Shown in pieces: positions 1-9,207 of a stretch of DNA of 38,847 nt. The stretch covers positions 1 through 38,847 of the forward strand of contig CALRDJ010000003.1 of NCBI GenBank assembly GCA_943354875.1. The letters are read 5' to 3'. How positions within the stretch are numbered: the first letter of the stretch is position 1; each line of letters opens with the position of its first letter. The translations under genes and the position numbers were made by a program. Under the pieces are notes generated by a model. The model had not been told where the DNA came from and ran no database searches. It saw nothing but the letters and a program-made list of their open reading frames with translations. This DNA is from Candidatus Levybacteria bacterium GW2011_GWA1_37_16 (GTDB taxonomy: Bacteria > Patescibacteriota > Microgenomatia > Levybacterales > UBA12049).

Positions 1-283
1 CCGCATCTACAATACGCTTGAACGTAAGCGTCCAAAACGGACTGATTTCACGCTCTATAAGATCATTAAGATCTACCTGGATAAATAAGTGTTGCTTATC
101 CTCAAGATATCTGGTGGCTATATCACCGCTATTGAGAAAAAAACGCAAGAAGTTTCCAATCCCTACTCGCTTCATGCCGATAAGCGCCACACAGTGTCTA
201 CTTTTTATATGCTGACCTAAGAGCTGAGCATCTTCTTCTCTAAAAGTAATGGGGTATTGGGATTCTATGACCTGATTATCCAT
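1..283 (-). CDS. 5' part of a P-loop/AAA-like protein, putative transcriptional regulator (truncated by window edge)
   Basis: Not in the ORF track. Manual translation from ATG 283: MDNQVIESQYPITFREEDAQLLGQHIKSRHCVALIGMKRVGIGNFLRFFL..., open to the edge. Degenerate Walker A (GMKRVGIGN) follows a hydrophobic strand; TACAAT lies 7 nt upstream. A C-terminal winged-helix domain is only my recollection of similar CPR proteins and lies outside the window. Confidence 0.7.
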   Translation of the reverse strand, partial: MDNQVIESQYPITFREEDAQLLGQHIKSRHCVALIGMKRVGIGNFLRFFLNSGDIATRYLEDKQHLFIQVDLNDLIEREISPFWTLTFKRIVDA

Positions 284-330
284 GACCATTATTGTAACGT
301 TCCTACGATAAAATCGCAACCACTATACAT

Positions 331-395
331 GTCAGATTTAAGTCAGTCATTTGTTTCGAAGCCGTCAAGCGATAGGAATATCGTTTTGTCATAAT
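331..395 (+). promoter_or_regulatory. GTCAG-N6-GTCAG-N17-GTCAAG-N20-CATAAT promoter/operator, copy 1
   Basis: GTCAG 331 and 342, GTCAAG 364, CATAAT 390-395, ATG 402. Same spacing as the site at 2920-2984. Confidence 0.6.
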
Positions 396-401
396 CTTCT
401 T

Positions 402-701
402 ATGAAAAGCATCGCAGAGACACCAACTCGCACATCGATACCAGACACTCACTTATCGTGGCGCCTACCTGATTATGAAGTAGGAGAGAAATACACTCAA
501 TCAACTGAGTTTGAGGAGAAGCCTGTTAGGGCCATGCAGGAACAACAGCAACAGCAGAGATCATATACTGCTCCGCTATTCAGACCACGAGAAGAACGCA
601 GAGTAACCATAGCGCAGTTTCGTGAGATTACCGGCACGCTTCCACATAGCGATTTTCAACTTAGGCAGTACGGTCGCTATGCGGGAAAACCTTCTAAATA
701 A
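402..701 (+). CDS. hypothetical protein
   Basis: ORF 351-701; ATG 402 preferred because a -10-like CATAAT lies 6 nt upstream. No recognisable motif. Confidence 0.6.
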   Translation: MKSIAETPTRTSIPDTHLSWRLPDYEVGEKYTQSTEFEEKPVRAMQEQQQQQRSYTAPLFRPREERRVTIAQFREITGTLPHSDFQLRQYGRYAGKPSK

Positions 702-743
702 TACCTCTAGGTCGCGCTTTTCAAAGTGTGATATATTTACGGT

Positions 744-1973
744 ATGACTAGTGACATTGATACGCTCATTTTCCAAGCGCTTTTTGGAGACGAAGAAACG
801 AAAAAACAAAAACGAAAAAAGATCCGCGACATATCTTTAGAAAAAGGCATAGTTTCTACATCCATTCACCATCTCTATCAGGCATTCGGAACAGGAAAAA
901 TTTTTGGATTTACCGTTCCTGCTATCAATATCCGCGCACTTACCTATGATACTGCAGCCATCATATTTGAACTTATGCTAAAACATAATATTGGCGCAGT
1001 AGTTTTCGAGATCGCACGATCAGAAATAGAGTATACAGATCAGCGCCCAGATGAATACACGACATCTATTCTTGCCGGAGCCATAAAAGCCGGCTATACA
1101 GGTCCCGTATTTCTCCAGGGAGATCACTATCAGTTCAGTAAGAATAAATTTTCTATAGATGCTGATGCTGAGGTAAACCGCATTAAGGAGTTAACGAAAG
1201 AATCCATAGAAGCCGGGTTCTATAATATCGATATCGATGCCTCGACCCTCGTAGATCTAGAAAAATCCACACTACCTGAACAACAGAAAACAAATAGCAG
1301 AATTACGGCCGAAATGACCAGGTTTATCCGCTCGATACAGCCTGATACTATACAGGTTTCTATCGGCGGAGAGATCGGACACATCGGTGGAAAAAACAGC
1401 ACAGCAAATGACTTCATCGCATTTATGGATGAATATAAGAAGGAGATTGCAGAGAACGGAATAAGCAAAGTAAGTGTTCAGACCGGAACCTCTCACGGTG
1501 GCATTCCAACAACAGATGGCAAGATTGAAGATGTAAAACTCGACTTTTCAGTTCTGGAATCTGTCAGCGAAATAGCACGAGATAGATATGGCATGGGCGG
1601 CGCAGTACAGCACGGCGCCTCCACTCTACCAAATGAATTATTTGGAAAATTTGTAGAACATAAAACACTAGAAATTCATTTAGCCACTGGGTTTCAAAAT
1701 ATCGTATATGAAAATATGCCCATCCTACTTCGTGAGGAAATATATGTATGGCTTAAAGATAACCTGAAAGCGGAATGGGAAACAGACTGGACCGAAGAAC
1801 AATTTTTATACAAAACGAGAAAAAAAGCCTTCGGACCATTTAAAAAACAGCTGTTTACCCTGAGCCTTCAGGATAAACAACCTATTGCCGATGCATTATC
1901 TCAGCAGCTAGAATTCTTATTTGAGAAACTAAATACATTTAATACGAGAGAGCTAACTGATCAATTTATTTAA
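744..1973 (+). CDS. fba: class II fructose-bisphosphate aldolase
   Basis: Motifs VPAIN, GDHYQ, DIDAS, GEIGHIGG, GTSHGG, VQHGAS (metal-binding His residues of class II aldolases). Confidence 0.9.
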   Translation: MTSDIDTLIFQALFGDEETKKQKRKKIRDISLEKGIVSTSIHHLYQAFGTGKIFGFTVPAINIRALTYDTAAIIFELMLKHNIGAVVFEIARSEIEYTDQRPDEYTTSILAGAIKAGYTGPVFLQGDHYQFSKNKFSIDADAEVNRIKELTKESIEAGFYNIDIDASTLVDLEKSTLPEQQKTNSRITAEMTRFIRSIQPDTIQVSIGGEIGHIGGKNSTANDFIAFMDEYKKEIAENGISKVSVQTGTSHGGIPTTDGKIEDVKLDFSVLESVSEIARDRYGMGGAVQHGASTLPNELFGKFVEHKTLEIHLATGFQNIVYENMPILLREEIYVWLKDNLKAEWETDWTEEQFLYKTRKKAFGPFKKQLFTLSLQDKQPIADALSQQLEFLFEKLNTFNTRELTDQFI

Positions 1974-1977
1974 GCGT

Positions 1978-2916
1978 ATGCAGGCAATTTCCCTCACCGA
2001 CTTCATTCTGGAAGATCAAAAAACCAATCTTCATGCTAGAGGAAATCTTACTCGAATACTGAATGACATCGCAGAAAGTGGCAAAATCATCGGCTTGCAT
2101 TTAAAAAAAGCAGGGCTTGTGGACATTCTCGGTACTACTGGAGACATAAACACATCAAGCGATGAGGTCAAAAAGATTGATGTATTCAGCAATAATTTGC
2201 TTATCAAAACTCTTACTATCGGTGAGCAAGTTGCTACTATTGCCTCAGAAGAGCTGGAAAACCCAATCGAACTCGGCACTGGTGATTATGTCGTTTTTAT
2301 GGATCCGCTCGACGGATCTGCAAATACAGATGCCAATATTCCAGTCGGTACTATTTTTTCCATCTATCACAAATCAGATTCCATTCTGCAGCCTGGACGA
2401 AAGCAAGTCGCTGCTGGCTATATTCTCTATGGCACCAGCGACATATTGGTGTACACCTGCGGTCATGGCGTAAATGGGTTTACTTTGGATCCATCTATCG
2501 GAACCTTTCTTCTTTCTCATTCGGACATGAAAATTCCTGAAGACGGCGATATTTACTCGGTAAATGAAGCGAATTCTCCACAGTGGGACGATACGCTCAT
2601 CAGGTTTATCGAGTCACTAAAAACATCTGGAAAAAGAGCACGCTATATCGGTTCGATGGTAGCAGATGTACACCGAACACTAATAAAAGGAGGATTATTT
2701 ATGTATCCAAACGATAATAAAAACACGACAGGAAAACTGAGGCTCATGTATGAAGTAAACCCCATGGCATTTCTAGTAGAGCAAGCGGGCGGAAGAGTTA
2801 TTTCCCATGAAACAACTAATCCACTCGACGCAGTCCCCTCCTCTGTGCATGAGAAGTCTCCCGTTATTCTCGGTAGTAAATCGCTGGTTGAAAACTTCAT
2901 ACACTTCGAAAAATAA
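1978..2916 (+). CDS. fbp: class 1 fructose-1,6-bisphosphatase
   Basis: ASEE, DPLDGS, GTIFSI, YSVNE, RYIGSMVADVHRTL and GKLRLMYE signature motifs. Confidence 0.95.
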   Translation: MQAISLTDFILEDQKTNLHARGNLTRILNDIAESGKIIGLHLKKAGLVDILGTTGDINTSSDEVKKIDVFSNNLLIKTLTIGEQVATIASEELENPIELGTGDYVVFMDPLDGSANTDANIPVGTIFSIYHKSDSILQPGRKQVAAGYILYGTSDILVYTCGHGVNGFTLDPSIGTFLLSHSDMKIPEDGDIYSVNEANSPQWDDTLIRFIESLKTSGKRARYIGSMVADVHRTLIKGGLFMYPNDNKNTTGKLRLMYEVNPMAFLVEQAGGRVISHETTNPLDAVPSSVHEKSPVILGSKSLVENFIHFEK

Positions 2917-2919
2917 TTT

Positions 2920-2984
2920 GTCAGGTTACTGTCAGTAGTTTGTTGTTTCACTGTCAAGAAACATAAAAAAATATATTGCATACT
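2920..2984 (+). promoter_or_regulatory. GTCAG-N6-GTCAG-N17-GTCAAG-N20-CATACT promoter/operator, copy 2
   Basis: GTCAG 2920 and 2931, GTCAAG 2953, CATACT 2979-2984, ATG 2992. Confidence 0.6.
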
Positions 2985-2991
2985 AGTTCTT

Positions 2992-3255
2992 ATGGGAACA
3001 CCAGTAGAAGCAGCGCCAAGAAGAACAATAGTCAGGCCAGAAAGAAAACCAGTACAGATTATTGATCTCCGAAAAGAACTGCCTAGATCAAGACCAGTAA
3101 TTTCTGGAGGATCCTCAGACAATGAACCAAAAGAACAGCAAAGCTCTCTTGATTTTATAAATGACCCAGCCAACAAACATGAAGTTGATAACGAAACATA
3201 TTTACGATTTTCTATCGTAGATGCTGCCGACAGAATAATAGCTAACGAAAAATGA
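2992..3255 (+). CDS. hypothetical protein containing RPVISGGS motif
   Basis: 87-aa ORF with promoter upstream; ATGA overlap with the next ORF. Confidence 0.7.
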   Translation: MGTPVEAAPRRTIVRPERKPVQIIDLRKELPRSRPVISGGSSDNEPKEQQSSLDFINDPANKHEVDNETYLRFSIVDAADRIIANEK

Positions 3256-3572
3256 GAAATACACGAGAAAACATAACAGCAATGCCTTTGCCTGTACTTC
3301 CTGTAGACGTCCATGTGGATGTAAAGAGAGGAAGACTTTTCTTAGACGGAAGAGAAAGAGTACCTAGTACCACCGTTTTTTCTGCTCGATTAAGCAGGGA
3401 TGCTGAAAGCACTGGCAAACATTCACCAACTATCTTAACTATTGATGATCGGAAAGCTCCTATTTCAGATGACGAGGCTGCCTTACTAGAATCACATCTT
3501 GTTCACAGAGGAGCAAATATCCTTATACGACAAGCGTCTCAGGTAACTGAAGCTACACCCCCTCTCAGCTAG
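3252..3572 (+). CDS. hypothetical protein
   Basis: 106-aa ORF coupled to the upstream gene by an ATGA overlap; converges on the DUF4012 gene. Confidence 0.6.
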   Translation: MRNTRENITAMPLPVLPVDVHVDVKRGRLFLDGRERVPSTTVFSARLSRDAESTGKHSPTILTIDDRKAPISDDEAALLESHLVHRGANILIRQASQVTEATPPLS

Positions 3573-3583
3573 CACGAACACTC

Positions 3584-6283
3584 TTACTTTTTCCCAAACT
3601 CCAAGCGAAACTTCTTATCTGTTGCTGTATCTGAAGATATTGCCACGCTTTGTCCATTACTAATGGCTCCCGCTGGAACTTTTGTCGGCTTAAATGCATC
3701 TGGATAAAAGAATGTAAGCGCATACGGAGATGTGTCTGTTCCTGGTTGCTTAAAAAACTTCAAGTCATAGGTAAAAAATTGCTGAGAATATGAAACCTTA
3801 TGGGGGTGGGCGTATGATATGGTTACTGTCTTCACTGCTCCGCCCTGAGGAACTGTCACGAGAAATCCGTACAGCACCCTCTCCCCTTCCTCCACCTTCT
3901 CCACCTCTAGACCTTTTGGAAGCTTAAATGTTTTTGCCTCATATATCCGAGGGTCTGTTATCGCTGGCGTAATAACCTGATCTTCTCCATCTATGCTAAC
4001 TCCTTGAAGCAATGCACCAAATGGCAATACTACTCGCAGGTAATTTTTATAATCCCCTCCAGGCCATGCATTGCTTTCATTTATATACTTAATTTCGACA
4101 GTTGAATGCACTACCCCACTCTCATCGACAGAAACCTGTTGGTTAATTTTTCTTTTTACAAAGTAGTTGGCCTTATTTACTCCTAAATTTGCTTCGCTGA
4201 TTCCTAAGAAATCATTTACTGTCACTGAATCCTCTTCTCGCTCATCCCAAAGACTTGAAGACATACCATTCACCATGACTATGCTTTGGATACTTGGATC
4301 AGCAAATGCTATCATCAGATGTTTTTGCTCAATAGACTCTTTTATGGCTCGTGCTATAAATAGATATGATGTTTTCTTGTCAAAGATTTTCATTTGCAAT
4401 GCAGTAAATAGTGAGCGAAGAAAATCTTTTTTCTGAGAAGATCCAGCAAATGAATTCTTTTCTGCATGAGTCTGAGTCAGCATATACATGTTATCTGCGC
4501 TTACCACCTCTCCGTAATCAGGTACTGATACTGAGCCTATTGCCTGAAGCAGGCTCTTGATAAGCAGTATGTCTACTGCCATAACACCATCTACCACCTC
4601 TCCTGTTTCCTGATTCAGGATAAATGCCGCAGCAGAAGCATTACGACTAAAATCCGGATCAAAATTACTATCCCGTAAATACTGGTGAACGCTTGGAATA
4701 TGTCGCCTGATGGCAAATGGCGGCTCTATGTGCCCCTTCAATTGTCCGTCCGCATCGTATACATCTTTTATAGGAAAATCTACAAGTCGGCCGTTCTCAA
4801 ACGACGCGATGCCATACGACCCGATAAATCCCCCACCTGGTCGAAGCTCCATATTATTTTGAAATAAAACCAAGTATGATGTTTTTTTTCCAAAGCCTAA
4901 GATTTTAGGCGCTGAATCCAGTAGCGTCCCTGAGATATCTACCAAGTAATCTAGTGTGTCAAACAACTCTTCTTTCGTCGATCCATAAAAAAATGCTCCG
5001 ACTGTGCCCCGCATACGCTCGAAATTATTCTCCGCACGAAGTTTTTGATATAAAATCGTAGCGTTTTTAGCATCATTAACTACTATCAATATATCTGCAT
5101 CTGGATTCTTTGATTTTCCTGCCAAAATTTCTGTATACCGTATTGCCGCGTTTAGCCCGTATACGCTTGCCTGCGCTGCCTCTTTCTCCACTGAAATAAA
5201 TGACAATGGCGTGTTTATCATATCTTCCTTCCCAAGATACGAAAATTCTGTCCTTACTATCTCCGATACACTCTCAGTGTGAGTTAATACTGTCGATGCA
5301 ATACCCGCGCTCCTTCTCGCATCCGAGAGATTACCCTTCTCCGTCTCGCTGAGTGTGTGCTTCAACAGAACCCCACCTGTTACCGCCCCCACACCAGAAA
5401 CTATCAGAGGAAGAAGGAGAATGAGAACTATAAATATACCTACTGACACAGGGGTAATCATGGGAGCTTTCCTTACATGGCGCATAGTCACCAATGGATT
5501 TCTTTTTATACCATCCAGCTGCATATACGACGCTTGTATTCGCTCTCTCAGTGGATATCGATCAAATAAGTATTCACCATTAATTACTGGTAGCTCTACG
5601 CGAGAAACATCTTTTCCGAAATCAATTTTTACGTTTGGATCATTTTTTTGTATCTCATGGGCTAACCGAAGAGCTGTAGGCGGATGCTTAGGATAAGCCA
5701 AAATAATCGCTTGTTTTTTCGTACTTAATGCTCCTTTTAGTAATGCAGCAACAGCATCCTGAACATGCGTGAACCTTATATGAGACATACCGTCCCCAGG
5801 AACCACTATGCGACCTAACGATCGTGCCGAATGCAAAAATGTGTTCACCGGTCCATTATGTATAAACTTTTCTGACCCAAATAAATCTCCGCAAATAACG
5901 AGCGATATGTTCGTATAACTACTTATTTTAGAGAAAAGTGGATCAGACAGATCACTATAATGAATAAGCATGACTACCCTCTTCCTGTCTTCATCTGCTT
6001 TTTTTAGTACACCCGGGATCATACTTCGAAGCATGCTTTCACCACGATAGATGACAAATATATGAGCATACTGAACACTTGGAATAAAGGCTTTATTTTT
6101 TCGTAAAGAAATTACTGTTGTTCGTTCTAAATTTTCTTTTTTCTCAGTTATAAAAACAGCCTGAAGCGAATCATCATGTTCTTGAATCGTTCGTATTAAA
6201 CAACTTCCTAGAGTGCCCTCGTCATCCAAAACGAGGATCGCCTTTTCTGACACTTGCTGCTCTGATGTAAATGGTGACTTCAT
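3584..6283 (-). CDS. DUF4012-domain membrane protein with N-terminal degenerate NAD-epimerase-like domain
   Basis: YLVLFQNNMELRPGGGFIGSYG, DVYDADGQL, LRDSNFDPDF and EANLGVNKAN are typical of DUF4012; central TM segment; N-terminal ILVLDDEGTLG and FTHVQDAVAAL resemble an extended SDR fold. Confidence 0.8.
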   Translation of the reverse strand: MKSPFTSEQQVSEKAILVLDDEGTLGSCLIRTIQEHDDSLQAVFITEKKENLERTTVISLRKNKAFIPSVQYAHIFVIYRGESMLRSMIPGVLKKADEDRKRVVMLIHYSDLSDPLFSKISSYTNISLVICGDLFGSEKFIHNGPVNTFLHSARSLGRIVVPGDGMSHIRFTHVQDAVAALLKGALSTKKQAIILAYPKHPPTALRLAHEIQKNDPNVKIDFGKDVSRVELPVINGEYLFDRYPLRERIQASYMQLDGIKRNPLVTMRHVRKAPMITPVSVGIFIVLILLLPLIVSGVGAVTGGVLLKHTLSETEKGNLSDARRSAGIASTVLTHTESVSEIVRTEFSYLGKEDMINTPLSFISVEKEAAQASVYGLNAAIRYTEILAGKSKNPDADILIVVNDAKNATILYQKLRAENNFERMRGTVGAFFYGSTKEELFDTLDYLVDISGTLLDSAPKILGFGKKTSYLVLFQNNMELRPGGGFIGSYGIASFENGRLVDFPIKDVYDADGQLKGHIEPPFAIRRHIPSVHQYLRDSNFDPDFSRNASAAAFILNQETGEVVDGVMAVDILLIKSLLQAIGSVSVPDYGEVVSADNMYMLTQTHAEKNSFAGSSQKKDFLRSLFTALQMKIFDKKTSYLFIARAIKESIEQKHLMIAFADPSIQSIVMVNGMSSSLWDEREEDSVTVNDFLGISEANLGVNKANYFVKRKINQQVSVDESGVVHSTVEIKYINESNAWPGGDYKNYLRVVLPFGALLQGVSIDGEDQVITPAITDPRIYEAKTFKLPKGLEVEKVEEGERVLYGFLVTVPQGGAVKTVTISYAHPHKVSYSQQFFTYDLKFFKQPGTDTSPYALTFFYPDAFKPTKVPAGAISNGQSVAISSDTATDKKFRLEFGKK

Positions 6284-6321
6284 AAGGAACCCTAACTGAG
6301 ATATATCTAATTGTAGGAAAG

Positions 6322-6738
6322 TTAGGTGAGGTTGTCTAGCGCTTGGTTTACGTAACGATCGGCATCTTTATTATATTCTCTTCTTACGTGGGAGTATTTT
6401 AGGGGGATTTCAAGTTTTTTTTCTCTTTCTCGAATAGACGCCATAAGTATTTGAAGAGTTGGGTTCTTCACTCGATATATTCTATTTATTTGTGACATTA
6501 AAAGCTCTGAGTCCATAAAAAAAGAAACTTCTTCTATAGAAAGTTTTTCTTTGTTTTCGATAACCCAATCGAGTGCTTGAATAACTGCTGAGTACTCTGC
6601 GACATTGTTTGTCGCTACTCCCAATCGGTTTCCAAATCCACCCAATTGCTGACCTTTTTCATCTGTTATAAAAACTCCGGTTGCTGACGGTCCTGGATTT
6701 CCCCTACTTCCTCCATCAGTAAAAATTCGTATCTTCAT
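6322..6738 (-). CDS. rnhA: ribonuclease HI family protein
   Basis: FTDGGSRGNPGPS, TNNVAEY, DSEL, HVRREYNKDAD catalytic motifs. Confidence 0.9.
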   Translation of the reverse strand: MKIRIFTDGGSRGNPGPSATGVFITDEKGQQLGGFGNRLGVATNNVAEYSAVIQALDWVIENKEKLSIEEVSFFMDSELLMSQINRIYRVKNPTLQILMASIREREKKLEIPLKYSHVRREYNKDADRYVNQALDNLT

Positions 6739-7958
6739 GTTGCGCTTCGCATATAATTTTTATAATAATAGCTTGCCAGGACAACAAAAACAACACATTC
6801 GGTAATTCCGGTAATCATTGCTGACGCTAAATATGAACCAATAGGAATAAAAATAATATTTAAGCCCACATTAAAAATAGCGCAGAATAAATACGTCCAC
6901 ATTAAAAACTTTTGTTTTTTCTCAGCTATAATTCCCCACTGCAAAAGACTAGTTCCAAAGAAAAACGGTAACGAAAAAAGTAGTAATCTAAACGATGCTA
7001 TGGCTCCCACAAAGTCTTGTTTTATAAGTATTATAAGTGGAGCGAGAAACCATAAAACAATAGCAAGCACTACTCCAATTATCATAGCACATACTGTATA
7101 GGCAGCCACCATTTTTCCATTTCTTCGAAAATTTTTCTGGTTTTCCAAAAGCATAGGATACAGTGCATTTGATAAAAAAAGGGGGAGCGCAATCAGAAAA
7201 TCAAAAAACCGATACGACAGTCCATAGGTACCCACATCGGCAGTTGATTTTAGGAAAGACAAAATAAAAATATCTATACGAAAATAAATAAGATTAAAAA
7301 TAAGCATAAGACCTAGCGGTAGGCTTTTCAAAAAAAGCAATTTTACTTTTAGATGATCAACTTTCATATTTACTTTTTTGTAAATAAATATGAACGACAA
7401 CAGCGCTGTCACAATAGATCCGACGACAAAACTTCCCACGACAAAAAGAAGAGAGATGTTTGTTAAAAATGCATAGAATATAAACGCCATAGTAACCGAG
7501 GAGCCAACGAGCGATATAAGCAATAGAGCGGAATATCGTAGTTCTTTTTGATATATCGATGTGGCTGATAACAAAACTGCCTGTGCTATAAGAGTCAAAG
7601 AGAAAATAATCATGCCAGTTTTTACCATAGGAGAAAATCCTATTTCGAAAAAATCACTAAACGGCAACACCACGACAAGCAATGCAATAATTCCTACCGA
7701 AGAAAGAGCCAAAAGAATTCGAGCGACCAGTAGATTACCAAAGTTCTTATGGGGATCGTCCTGAAGAGCGATTGCATTCATGCCGAAATCTACCACGAGA
7801 TAAAGCATGCCGACAGTCGTTGTAATCTGAACAAGCTGTCCGTATCCAGTAACTCCTAAGGCTTGCGCAGTTAAAATGGTAATTAAAAGCGTTATGGATG
7901 CGGTGAGGACTTTCTGAATCACTTGATATAAGGTATTGAGGAAAATCTTTTGATGCAT
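6735..7958 (-). CDS. polysaccharide flippase (Wzx/MOP superfamily)
   Basis: Polytopic membrane protein with LGVTGYG, DFGMN, YFRIDIFILS and VGTYGLSYR motifs. Confidence 0.85.
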   Translation of the reverse strand: MHQKIFLNTLYQVIQKVLTASITLLITILTAQALGVTGYGQLVQITTTVGMLYLVVDFGMNAIALQDDPHKNFGNLLVARILLALSSVGIIALLVVVLPFSDFFEIGFSPMVKTGMIIFSLTLIAQAVLLSATSIYQKELRYSALLLISLVGSSVTMAFIFYAFLTNISLLFVVGSFVVGSIVTALLSFIFIYKKVNMKVDHLKVKLLFLKSLPLGLMLIFNLIYFRIDIFILSFLKSTADVGTYGLSYRFFDFLIALPLFLSNALYPMLLENQKNFRRNGKMVAAYTVCAMIIGVVLAIVLWFLAPLIILIKQDFVGAIASFRLLLFSLPFFFGTSLLQWGIIAEKKQKFLMWTYLFCAIFNVGLNIIFIPIGSYLASAMITGITECVVFVVLASYYYKNYMRSAT

Positions 7959-7974
7959 GAACTTACCTATTGTA

Positions 7975-9201
7975 TCAGATAGACTCTTTCCTCAGAAGCG
8001 GACTCCATGCCAGTCCCAATACAAAGCTGACGATCAAAAGACCCTGCTGACTTGTCAAAAAATAATGATCGGTCATACTCAGAACCAAAACAGCAATTAA
8101 CGTTGTCCGAAGAACTTTATTTTTTGTTTGAAAAAAAGTTTTCATAAGAAGATATCCCGACAAAGCAAATCCAAAAACTCCTGTTTGGCTTAAGATCAAG
8201 AGCATAACGTTGTGAACCGGCTGGTGGGACGAGTGAACATGATTATAAAAATTATTTAACCCAACGCCAAAGAATGGGTGAGACATGGTCATAGAAACAG
8301 CATTCTGGATTAACGAAAATCGCATGGATACCGACTCGTCAAAAGATGTTTGGACAAACCTCTCTGTCACGAAGGGAAAGAAAGCTCCTATTCCTACTAG
8401 CAAGGTCACCACGCCAATTATGGTTACTTTATTTACCTTTAATTTCTTATATAGAATTACCCACCCAAGGGCTCCCACAACTACTACAAGCGCACTTCTG
8501 CTCAGACTCGCAAAAAGCCCGACTATCCCCAGACACATAGATAGTATGTTTAACTTCTTGAGTGGAATAAGATTCTGGAGCATGACACCAATCACCAAAA
8601 ACCCGCCTAAGACATTCGGGTGAGAAAATGTTCCATAGGGTCTGAGGATTAATGCGCCACCAAGAGATACGTTTGCTGCGCCGGGCGTACTACCTACGAT
8701 CATACGCTCTCCAAAAAAATAAAATAATCCACCGATGGCACTCTGATGGAAAAATTGAACAACCGCTAAAAGTGACTGAGAGATTAGGCCAAGCGATAGA
8801 ACCACGAGAGATGCCCTCAAAACCTCTTTACTTGCCACATGTTTTACCAAGGCCCCAAACAATACCATCTCCACAAGTCTTACTAGTCCATATACTCCCG
8901 CGCCAGGATTCACAGAGAGCAGTATGCCTATGGAAATAACGACCACCAATGCGAAAAATAGTCGAGTCAATTGAATATTTTTTTTCTTTTTTTTTATCCA
9001 TTCTAAAAAACACTTACCATGTAAAACAAATTGTGATAGTAATAACACGTCAGTGACATACAGAGTAGGGGAGAGATAATCTACTCGAATTCCATCAACG
9101 ATAGAAAAATCCGGCCAAAAATGATAACCAAACTGGGTGGGAATAAAAAAGATGGTAATTAAGAAAAGGGGAGTAGAAAAATTTCTGATTTCAATTTTCA
9201 A
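7975..9201 (-). CDS. O-antigen ligase/polymerase family protein
   Basis: RPYGTFSHPNVLGG, SLSRSA, HPFFGVGLNNF and PVHN motifs; many TM segments. Confidence 0.85.
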   Translation of the reverse strand: MKIEIRNFSTPLFLITIFFIPTQFGYHFWPDFSIVDGIRVDYLSPTLYVTDVLLLSQFVLHGKCFLEWIKKKKKNIQLTRLFFALVVVISIGILLSVNPGAGVYGLVRLVEMVLFGALVKHVASKEVLRASLVVLSLGLISQSLLAVVQFFHQSAIGGLFYFFGERMIVGSTPGAANVSLGGALILRPYGTFSHPNVLGGFLVIGVMLQNLIPLKKLNILSMCLGIVGLFASLSRSALVVVVGALGWVILYKKLKVNKVTIIGVVTLLVGIGAFFPFVTERFVQTSFDESVSMRFSLIQNAVSMTMSHPFFGVGLNNFYNHVHSSHQPVHNVMLLILSQTGVFGFALSGYLLMKTFFQTKNKVLRTTLIAVLVLSMTDHYFLTSQQGLLIVSFVLGLAWSPLLRKESI

Positions 9202-9207
9202 TTGAAA

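Noticed and set aside
2643-3314. 223-aa minus-strand ORF and other antisense ORFs (for example 37299-37931, 33983-34381)
   Set aside because: Shadows of better-supported genes on the opposite strand; no motifs.
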